A stretch of 29,106 nucleotides of DNA from Pseudomonadales bacterium (lineage in GTDB: Bacteria > Pseudomonadota > Gammaproteobacteria > Pseudomonadales > JAXHSS01): positions 1 to 29,106 of the forward strand of contig JBPEWS010000130.1 in NCBI GenBank assembly GCA_052032465.1, given 5' to 3'. Positions 12,884-20,020 of the stretch are shown here, one piece after another. The first letter of the stretch is position 1. Every line of letters starts with the position of its first letter. The notes beneath the pieces were generated by a model. The model did not search any database. It had not been told where the DNA came from and worked only from the letters and a program-made list of their open reading frames with translations. Position numbers and translations under genes: made by a program.

Positions 12884-14266
12884 TTAGCCCTCTTTTAAGC
12901 TTTGTGTCACTTCAACGATAGCTTGCTTACCATCGCCAAAGAGCATAAGGGTATTGTCCTTAATAAACAAGGGGTTAGGCAAACCAGCAAAGCCTGGGCT
13001 TAGCGATCGCTTAACTACGACCACGGTTCTTGCTTTATCGACATTCAAGATCGGCATACCATAAATCGGGCTGCCTTTATCTTCACGAGCCATTGGGTTG
13101 GTAACATCGTTTGCACCAATAACAATTGCTACGTCAGTTTGTTCAAATGTTGGGTTAACCGTATCCATGTCTAGCATGCGATCATAAGGCACTTCAGCTT
13201 CAGCAAGAAGAACGTTCATATGACCTGGCATACGACCCGCAACAGGGTGAATACCGTAGTAAACTTCTGCACCACGCTCTTCTAGTGTGTTCGCTAAGTC
13301 ACGAACCGCGTGCTGCGCCTGCGCCATCGCCATACCAAAACCTGGAACAACGACCACACGCTGAGCATCTTCAAGCAACATGGCTAGCTCTTCAGCCGAA
13401 GTCGAGCGCACTTTACCTTCGTAAATTTCGCTTCCCGCTTGCTTTTCGCCCGATGATTCAGCCATCACACCGAATAAGACATTAAACAGTGAGCGATTCA
13501 TCGCCGTGCACATGATTTGAGTCAGGATAATACCCGAAGCACCAACCAGTGCACCCGTGATGATCAACGCACTATTGTTCATCACAAAACCCGCTGCAGC
13601 GGCGGCAATACCTGAATACGAGTTAAGCAAAGCAATAACAACAGGCATATCAGCACCACCAATTGGAAGCACCAAGAACAAGCCAAGGATCAAAGCGGCA
13701 ACGAGCAATACCGCAAGCGGCGCAAGTGAGAAGCCACATACAATCATCCATACTACTGAGCCAAGCGCCGCAGCAAGTAAGATCGCATTCACCACTTTCA
13801 TACCTGGGAAGCCGATTGACTGGCCTGAAATCAGCTCTTGAAGCTTAGCAAAAGCGACAAATGAGCCAGTCAATGTCACCGCACCAATTAAAATCGCTGC
13901 GCCAGAGGCAAACAGTCCAAACTCGCCCAAGGCATTTTGCGAGTGTAAAAGCTCAGCCAGCGCCACGCCTAAAGACGCGCCACCACCAAAACCGTTAAGC
14001 AAAGCAACCAATTGCGGCATGGCCGTCATTTGAATACGCGTCGCTAATACAGCACCAATCGCACCACCGATCAGCATACCCGCAATGATCCAAATATAGT
14101 CAATGACTTGGTGGCTCAATAACGTCGCTACAATAGCGATCAACATACCAAGAGCCGCCAGCTGGTTACCACGCACCGCTGTTCTTGGCTTGCTCAAGCC
14201 CTTAATGCCGTAAATAAATAGAACGGCCGCTACTAAGTAAGCAATATTCAATGCAACTTCTGACAT
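12884..14266 (-). CDS. pntB: NAD(P) transhydrogenase subunit beta
   Basis: MTAMPQLVALLNGFGG, GGADMPVVIALLNSYSG, GIHPVAGRMPGHMNVLLAEA and IGANDVTNP. Confidence 0.97.
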   Translation of the reverse strand: MSEVALNIAYLVAAVLFIYGIKGLSKPRTAVRGNQLAALGMLIAIVATLLSHQVIDYIWIIAGMLIGGAIGAVLATRIQMTAMPQLVALLNGFGGGASLGVALAELLHSQNALGEFGLFASGAAILIGAVTLTGSFVAFAKLQELISGQSIGFPGMKVVNAILLAAALGSVVWMIVCGFSLAPLAVLLVAALILGLFLVLPIGGADMPVVIALLNSYSGIAAAAAGFVMNNSALIITGALVGASGIILTQIMCTAMNRSLFNVLFGVMAESSGEKQAGSEIYEGKVRSTSAEELAMLLEDAQRVVVVPGFGMAMAQAQHAVRDLANTLEERGAEVYYGIHPVAGRMPGHMNVLLAEAEVPYDRMLDMDTVNPTFEQTDVAIVIGANDVTNPMAREDKGSPIYGMPILNVDKARTVVVVKRSLSPGFAGLPNPLFIKDNTLMLFGDGKQAIVEVTQSLKEG

Positions 14267-14269
14267 TTC

Positions 14270-14551
14270 TTACTTCCTCTTAAACATACTAAGCATGCGG
14301 TTGGTCACCATAAAACCGCCAACCACGTTAATTGTCGCCAGCACAACTGCAGCAAAACCAAGGATTTTCACCCATAACATATCGCCATCTTGACCAGCGG
14401 CGATAATCGCGCCCACGATGGTAATAGCTGAAATCGCATTGGTACCCGACATAAGCGGTGTATGCAAAGTCGGTGGGACTTTGGTGATCAACTCAACGCC
14501 AAGGAAAATGGCGAGCACAAAAATAGTGATTTGAATAACGATCAATTCCAT
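14270..14551 (-). CDS. pntA: NAD(P) transhydrogenase subunit alpha, part 2 (membrane part, PntAb)
   Basis: VPPTLHTPLMSGTNAISAI and INVVGGFMVTNRML-x-MF. Confidence 0.96.
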   Translation of the reverse strand: MELIVIQITIFVLAIFLGVELITKVPPTLHTPLMSGTNAISAITIVGAIIAAGQDGDMLWVKILGFAAVVLATINVVGGFMVTNRMLSMFKRK

Positions 14552-14562
14552 GCGGATCTCTC

Positions 14563-15726
14563 TTAAGCTTCGTTAACAGGAAGGTTTAGTAAACCGCGAA
14601 TGCGGTTATTGACGACTTCACCTTGATAAGTCATCACGGTGTCTTTGATAATTTCATCGTCAAAATCAAAGTTTAAGCTACCGTCTTCAGCGACTAGTAG
14701 TTTCAGGAAGTTTTCCATGTTTTTGCCATACATCTGGCTACCGTGAGCTGGCAAACAAGCCGGTACGTTCGCTGGTCCAACAATGGTCACACCATGCTCA
14801 ACAACGGTTTCACCCAAACGAGTCAACGCGCAGTTACCGCCTCGCTCAGCTGCTAAGTCAACAATAACCGAACCAGGTTTCATCGCTTTGACCTGCTCTT
14901 CTGTCACCAAGATTGGCGACGGACGACCCGGGATTGCCGCCGTGGTGATAATCACGTCTTGTTGAACCATGACTTCTGTCATCAATTCTTGCTGACGCTT
15001 AATAAATTCAGCTGACTGCTCTTTCGCATAGCCGCCCTCACCTTTTTCAGCGGTAAGATCAAGCTGAATAGGCTTAGCACCGACAGAAAGAATCTGTTCC
15101 TGAGCTTCTGGACGAATATCATAAGCGCTAACAACTGCGCCCAAACGTTTTGCCGTAGCACAAGCCTGAAGACCCGCAACACCTGCACCCATAACAAACA
15201 CTTTCGCTGGGCTCAACGTGCCAGCGGCTGTCATATTCATAGGGAACATTTGCTTAGATTCACTTGCTGCCATCAAAACGGCTTTATAGCCGGCTAGCAT
15301 GGCATTTGACGATAATACGTCCATAGATTGCGCACGTGTGATACGAGGAACCAGCTCTAGCGCAATTGCTGTAGCGCCCTTCTCAGCCACTTGCTGAGCA
15401 AAGGCAGGGTTTGCTAACGGATCAGCCATGCCAATAACGACTTGGTCTGGGCGCAAATTAGCAATATCGTGTTCACTTAATGTCGCGTTTGAACCGCCAG
15501 AGTGGACTTGGCAAATAACATTCGCCTCTGCCCAAATCGTTTCGCGGCTTGTGATGGTTGCACCAACAGCTTGGTATTCTTCATCCAAAAGACCAGAGGC
15601 AACACCTGCACTTTCTTGTACGTAGAAAGTTAGGTTGTCATTCTTCGCCATTGCTTTGATATTCGCGGGCGAAAATGCAACGCGCTGCTCACCTGGGAAC
15701 GTTTCTTTTAAAATTCCAATAATCAA
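14563..15726 (-). CDS. pntA: NAD(P) transhydrogenase subunit alpha, part 1 (NAD(H)-binding domain I, PntAa)
   Basis: GEQRVA, RITRAQSMDVLSS, GAGVAGLQA and TTAAIPG. Start placed at TTG 15726 (MIIGILKE), with GGAG 9 nt upstream; the track starts at TTG 15741. Confidence 0.95.
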   Translation of the reverse strand: MIIGILKETFPGEQRVAFSPANIKAMAKNDNLTFYVQESAGVASGLLDEEYQAVGATITSRETIWAEANVICQVHSGGSNATLSEHDIANLRPDQVVIGMADPLANPAFAQQVAEKGATAIALELVPRITRAQSMDVLSSNAMLAGYKAVLMAASESKQMFPMNMTAAGTLSPAKVFVMGAGVAGLQACATAKRLGAVVSAYDIRPEAQEQILSVGAKPIQLDLTAEKGEGGYAKEQSAEFIKRQQELMTEVMVQQDVIITTAAIPGRPSPILVTEEQVKAMKPGSVIVDLAAERGGNCALTRLGETVVEHGVTIVGPANVPACLPAHGSQMYGKNMENFLKLLVAEDGSLNFDFDDEIIKDTVMTYQGEVVNNRIRGLLNLPVNEA

Positions 15727-15779
15727 CTTCGATGTCTCCAAATTAATCGGTCGGCTTTACGTAGATCGAAAAGCTCGAT

Positions 15780-15808
15780 ACTTTAACGTATTTGAAGACG
15801 TATTTGAA
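15780..15808 (-). promoter_or_regulatory. candidate sigma70 promoter for the pnt operon
   Basis: Minus strand TTCAAA-17 nt-TAAAGT, about 55 nt upstream of the pntAa TTG. Confidence 0.4.
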
Positions 15809-15809
15809 G
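15786..15809. repeat. perfect 12-bp tandem duplication (ACGTATTTGAAG x2)
   Basis: Read directly from the sequence: 15786-15797 and 15798-15809 are identical. Confidence 0.95.
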
Positions 15810-15831
15810 GAATCTTTAGGATTTCTGCTTT

Positions 15832-16797
15832 TTAGACTTTTCGCTCCTTTTCATCTTGGATTTGAATCCGATCTGCCGCATACCCGATCAGTTTTCGAAG
15901 CCATCGGTGCGCGGGATTATGTTGAAGAATTGGGCTCCAAGCCATTTTTAACTCAAAGCTTGGGATAAAGAACGGTGGATCCATGACGACGATATCATCG
16001 GCATAGATTTGCAGTTCAGCCATTCGTCTTGGCAATGTGGCGACTAAGTCATTGTTTTTAGTCATCAAAGAAGGCATCTGATAATGACGGGTGAAAACCG
16101 AAATATCGCGTTTTTTACCAATACGCATCAACGCTTGATCCACCCAGCCCAACCCCGAAGGCTTGCTTGGATGAACGCCCTTACCAGCGCCCCAACCCGT
16201 TTTGCTCACCCAAATATGACGGGAATCCAGATAGTTTTTTAGATTAAAACGATCAGCAATCGCATTGTTTTTGTTCATCAGGCAGGCAAAGTCATCCGTC
16301 CATAATACCTTTTGATGAAACGCATTAGGAATATCATCAAAGCGATTAATCGCCATATCCACTCGCCCATCTTCCATATCCGAAAAGCTCACATCCGATG
16401 GAGTTAGCAGATCTAAAACGACATTGGGCGCTTCTTTTCGAACATTATTCACCACGGTTGGCATCAACGTAGCTTCGGCATAATCAGACACCATGATTCT
16501 AAAAATCCGCTGACTCGTAAAGGGTTTAAAGGCCTGAACTGGCTGAACCAAATGCTGTACTTTAGATAACACCTCATTGAGCTCTGGCTGAATTCTCAAT
16601 GCGCGCTCAGTAGGAATCATGCCATCGCTTGAGCGAATTAACAGAGGATCATCGAATAAATCTCTTAGCCGCCTGAGACTGTTGGACAGTGCTGGCTGGG
16701 TAATACCAATTTGTGCGGCCGCGTTGGTCACACTTCTTTCCTTGAGCAAGACTTCCAAATAGACGAGTAAGTTCAGATCAATTTTATTCAGATTCAT
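15832..16797 (-). CDS. LysR family transcriptional regulator (NodD/PBP2-type effector domain)
   Basis: DLNLL...SVTNAA...ITQPALSNSLRRLRDLFDDPLL-x-R helix-turn-helix; C-terminal WSP-x-x-QHNPAHRWLR. Confidence 0.95.
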   Translation of the reverse strand: MNLNKIDLNLLVYLEVLLKERSVTNAAAQIGITQPALSNSLRRLRDLFDDPLLIRSSDGMIPTERALRIQPELNEVLSKVQHLVQPVQAFKPFTSQRIFRIMVSDYAEATLMPTVVNNVRKEAPNVVLDLLTPSDVSFSDMEDGRVDMAINRFDDIPNAFHQKVLWTDDFACLMNKNNAIADRFNLKNYLDSRHIWVSKTGWGAGKGVHPSKPSGLGWVDQALMRIGKKRDISVFTRHYQMPSLMTKNNDLVATLPRRMAELQIYADDIVVMDPPFFIPSFELKMAWSPILQHNPAHRWLRKLIGYAADRIQIQDEKERKV

Positions 16798-16856
16798 GCG
16801 ATTTATCAGGCTCCTGCGTTGGGGCTTCTGCGATTATTATTATGTTTTTGTCGCAG

Positions 16857-16885
16857 TTCACAGCATCAAAAATAAATGCTATGAA
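16857..16885. promoter_or_regulatory. 29-bp inverted repeat upstream of lysR, candidate autoregulatory LysR operator
   Basis: TTCACAGCAT-N9-ATGCTATGAA (arms match 9/10). Each half contains a T-N11-A box. Lies 60-88 nt upstream of the lysR ATG. Confidence 0.5.
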
Positions 16886-17001
16886 TACTGCGCTCAATTA
16901 CATATTAGCTTGCTTTATAGCCCAGTCCCTGCTAGGGACACAAAAAGACAACTGTCTACAGCAAGAGCTTGCATTTTGCTTCCACCAGTTACAAAAAGCG
17001 A

Positions 17002-17490
17002 CTACTTGAGCAACACTCTCGCAAAGAAAATCAGCAAAATTTCCAGTAAAAGGGAGAAAAACAAGGCTAGTAATAGCCCAACAACAATAGACTCGATATT
17101 TAGCGTCACCGCGTAATTATATGAGCTTTGTACTTCCTTGCGAATATCTGAAAGGGGTTGAAGTAGCGCCATGCGATAGCGCCAGTAGGTTGACCGATCT
17201 AAATCCTTTCGGTGCAACATGAGGGCCTGATAACGATCTTTTAATCCAGAGATACTTTCGCCGCCTGCAATAAAAACAGGGTCATTACTGTTATCGTAGT
17301 AACGAATTAAGGCGGTCAGACTGCCATCAAAATAGCGATTCGCCTCATCCTGAAACTCAGATATAGCCTGCTTGGCCTCCTGATAATGCGCCTCAACAGT
17401 TTGTACATACCGATCAACATAGCTTGGCAACTGTATGCCCATCAGCAATATGGCCGAGAACACAATCATTCGTAAATAACTACGCAGCAT
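17002..17490 (-). CDS. DUF2937 family protein
   Basis: N-terminal TM with G-x-QLP-x-YVDRY-x-Q, A-x-RYFDGSL-x-ALI-x-YY-x-x-S-x-DPVF, and a C-terminal TM. Confidence 0.8.
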   Translation of the reverse strand: MLRSYLRMIVFSAILLMGIQLPSYVDRYVQTVEAHYQEAKQAISEFQDEANRYFDGSLTALIRYYDNSNDPVFIAGGESISGLKDRYQALMLHRKDLDRSTYWRYRMALLQPLSDIRKEVQSSYNYAVTLNIESIVVGLLLALFFSLLLEILLIFFARVLLK

Positions 17491-17588
17491 GATGCACGGC
17501 CTTAATCAGTAATTGGTTCATGCTTTTCGTGGCATATGACGTTAAAGGTCTTAGCATAGCAGCTGTCCTCCATGACATGATCTCAGAA

Positions 17589-18068
17589 TCACGGCTCATT
17601 TCGCGTCGAATAGCGACGACCTTGGTGAGTAAATTCTTTTGATTTTGAAAAAATTGACATAATAAATAGCGGAATCGTGATCGCTAACCAAATAACCAGC
17701 GCGGTAATAAAGTAGGCAATTTGTATGCGCTCAAAAATATGAGACTGAAAAACAATTTGAAAAACTGTAAACAACGCCATACCGCCAAAATAGAAAATCC
17801 CAAAAACCAACCAGTTAGGCAACGCGCTGGCTTGCGATAGAATGATTCGTCGCGCCATTTTGATGGACTGATCTAAGAAAAAGTACAGCGAAATAACCGT
17901 CACCGCGATCGCGATCGCGTGTTGTAGATAACCATCCCAATACCCAGGCTCTGCTGCACTGCTACCAAATGCATTACCCATATACAGTGAATAGATCCCC
18001 CCTGCCAAAGTCGACAAACCCGTGAAAATCGTCACGTAGTCCGCAAGGGCTGTTCGGTATGGAAGCAT
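17589..18068 (-). CDS. hypothetical membrane protein (about 4 TM)
   Basis: 159-aa ORF with four hydrophobic segments and GAGGT (SD) upstream of the ATG. No family recognised. Confidence 0.65.
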   Translation of the reverse strand: MLPYRTALADYVTIFTGLSTLAGGIYSLYMGNAFGSSAAEPGYWDGYLQHAIAIAVTVISLYFFLDQSIKMARRIILSQASALPNWLVFGIFYFGGMALFTVFQIVFQSHIFERIQIAYFITALVIWLAITIPLFIMSIFSKSKEFTHQGRRYSTRNEP

Positions 18069-18414
18069 TATTTACCTCATTTATAGTTATTATCAAAAAA
18101 TTGCTTGACGCCTTGGATATTCTAGCCTGCTTTATCGTAATGAAAACAGCACAATAGCAATAATTCGTGTATTTTTGATACGCATAGATTATAAATATAA
18201 GAAATGAAGCTTCGAGTCTTTTTTCAAAATTTGAGATAAAAACTTACGCTAATAACAAAACTCTATAACAACCCACCAGCTCATACACATCGAAGACATC
18301 ATCTCGATCTTCAGTTACGTTTACATCCGCAAAGGTAACGCGAAACCGCTGAAAAGCTCATATAAGCGAAGGTTATGAGCCGATAGTCTACGTGGAAAGA
18401 CACAAGGTGAATGT

Positions 18415-19830
18415 ATGAAACGAATTCAACAATTATTGATCGCCGCTACGATAGCAACTGCCACATTATTAACCACAGCCCACGCAGGACTTCGAGATAA
18501 TACACCCGATTACGAAAAAATAGCCGAAGAAGGTTTTGCCTACGGCTTCCCGTTAGTACTCATGGATGTGACCAAAGAAGGCTCAACCGGAGCTGAACCC
18601 ACCTGCGGTTTTGCTGCGCCTTTAAACAGCTTCTTACATGTTAAAGATATTCCGAATCATGAGTTCAGAGCGGTGGTTCGCCCTAATGTAGACACCCTCT
18701 ATTCAAGCGCTTTTTTAGACCTATCTGAAGGCCCATTAACTTTGGCGCTTCCCGGCGTTGCTGACCGCTATATTTTAATGGCCTTTCTTGATGCCTGGTC
18801 GAACAACTTCGCAGGCCTTGGAACACCAACAAATAATGAAGAGCCTGGCGCTTATTTTATTACAGGCCCAAATTGGAAAGGCAAAGTACCACGTGGTTAT
18901 AGTCACATCAGCTCTCCAACAAATACGGCTTGGATTATTGGACGAACAGAAATCAAACACGCCAATGATTTAGCAAACGTTAACCAACTTCAAGATCTCT
19001 ACCAGCTAGAGCCTTATGATCGCAGCCGCACGCTAGATACACTGCCCGACTGTGTTGATGTTGAAGACAAGATTGCACCACCTGATGAGGTGTTGTCGAT
19101 GAATTCAATCGCCTTTTTTAAGCGCTTATCTCGACTAATGATACAAAACCCGCCGCCTTCAGCAGATAAAGCGATTTTAGAAGAGTTAAAGCTAATTGGT
19201 GTTGGTGCATCCATTAAAAACCCGCTAGAAACACTTTCTCAAGAAATTCGCCAAGCTGTAGCAAACGGGGTTGAAAAAGCCATCAATAAAGCCAAGCTCA
19301 GCCTTTCACAACTGGGCCGCCGAGCGGATTGGTCTCCAAACCCTAGCCTTGTTCCACTAGGAGACTATGGCACGGACTATGGCATTCGCTACCTAGTTGC
19401 CCTTGAAGGCTTTGGCGCTAATCGCGGCGAATATGCGGTATATCAAAATGCAGGCCAAGACAGTAACCAAGAGGCATTATCTGGAGAGCACAGCTATTCA
19501 CTGACATTCAGTGCTGGTGAGCTTCCACCTGCTGATGCATTTTGGTCGGTGACGGTTTATGACAAAGAGGGTTATTTGGTTGAAAACACTGAGCAGCGCT
19601 ATGCCGCTGGCAGCAACTCATCCATGGCGCTAAACGCTGATGGCTCATTAACCATTTATTTTGCCAAGACCCAGCCTGAACAAGCGCCTGATAACAACTG
19701 GGTGCCAACACCCGAGGGCGAATTTGGCCTGACATTGCGCCTTTATTCACCACAAGAAAGCGTTTTAAACGGTGATTGGCAAGCGCCCGGCATTGAGAAA
19801 TTAGGAAGCGAAAAGCGCCGCTTCCGTTAG
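18415..19830 (+). CDS. exported DUF1254/DUF1214 domain protein
   Basis: Sec/SPI signal (MKRIQQLLIAATIATATLLTTAHA), VVRPNVDTLYSSAFLDLS-x-GP, Y-x-LMAFLDAWSNNFA, WIIGRT, LPPADAFWSVTVYD and F-x-LTLRLYSP. Confidence 0.92.
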   Translation: MKRIQQLLIAATIATATLLTTAHAGLRDNTPDYEKIAEEGFAYGFPLVLMDVTKEGSTGAEPTCGFAAPLNSFLHVKDIPNHEFRAVVRPNVDTLYSSAFLDLSEGPLTLALPGVADRYILMAFLDAWSNNFAGLGTPTNNEEPGAYFITGPNWKGKVPRGYSHISSPTNTAWIIGRTEIKHANDLANVNQLQDLYQLEPYDRSRTLDTLPDCVDVEDKIAPPDEVLSMNSIAFFKRLSRLMIQNPPPSADKAILEELKLIGVGASIKNPLETLSQEIRQAVANGVEKAINKAKLSLSQLGRRADWSPNPSLVPLGDYGTDYGIRYLVALEGFGANRGEYAVYQNAGQDSNQEALSGEHSYSLTFSAGELPPADAFWSVTVYDKEGYLVENTEQRYAAGSNSSMALNADGSLTIYFAKTQPEQAPDNNWVPTPEGEFGLTLRLYSPQESVLNGDWQAPGIEKLGSEKRRFR

Positions 19831-19848
19831 AAAGGTTAACCTCCTACT

Positions 19849-19894
19849 AGCCGCTGTCAGCTCATCTGAATTGGGCAAGCAGCGGCTTTTTTTT
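19849..19894 (+). terminator. intrinsic terminator of the DUF1254 gene
   Basis: AGCCGCTG...CAGCGGCT outer stem, inner GCTCA/TGGGC stem with a G-U pair, then a run of 8 T. Confidence 0.75.
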
Positions 19895-19904
19895 CAAGCT
19901 TTTA

Positions 19905-20016
19905 TTGCCTCTTCCTGACAACTAGGTGGCTAAGCCACTTATGGCTACAGAACATAGCTTTAACTATATCCCGGGAAGATGGCGAGTATCTAGGCGATAC
20001 TCGCCATTAGTTTTTT
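19905..20016 (+). ncRNA. candidate structured small RNA or intergenic repeat element
   Basis: Closing stem TCTTCCTG/CGGGAAGA encloses two hairpins and is followed by a 12-bp hairpin and a T tract. G-U pairs favour the plus strand. No Rfam family recognised. Confidence 0.3.
19979..20016 (+). terminator. strong hairpin with plus-strand T tract
   Basis: Perfect 12-bp stem ATGGCGAGTATC-TAGGC-GATACTCGCCAT followed by TAGTTTTTT. No U tract on the minus strand. Confidence 0.6.
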
Positions 20017-20020
20017 ATAA

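Noticed and set aside
14270-15726. Split pntA as a possible pseudogene or frameshift
   Set aside because: Both parts are complete, with their own starts, and match the known three-subunit transhydrogenase organisation.
18300-18410. Possible c-di-GMP-I or other known riboswitch upstream of DUF1254 (GCAAA and GAAA elements)
   Set aside because: The GGCAAA-stem-GNRA-stem-GACGCAAAGC order of the consensus is not met, and no other known aptamer motif fits.
19905-19985. tRNA-like appearance of the multibranch element
   Set aside because: Only two internal arms, with no T-loop (TTCRA), D-loop GG or CCA end.
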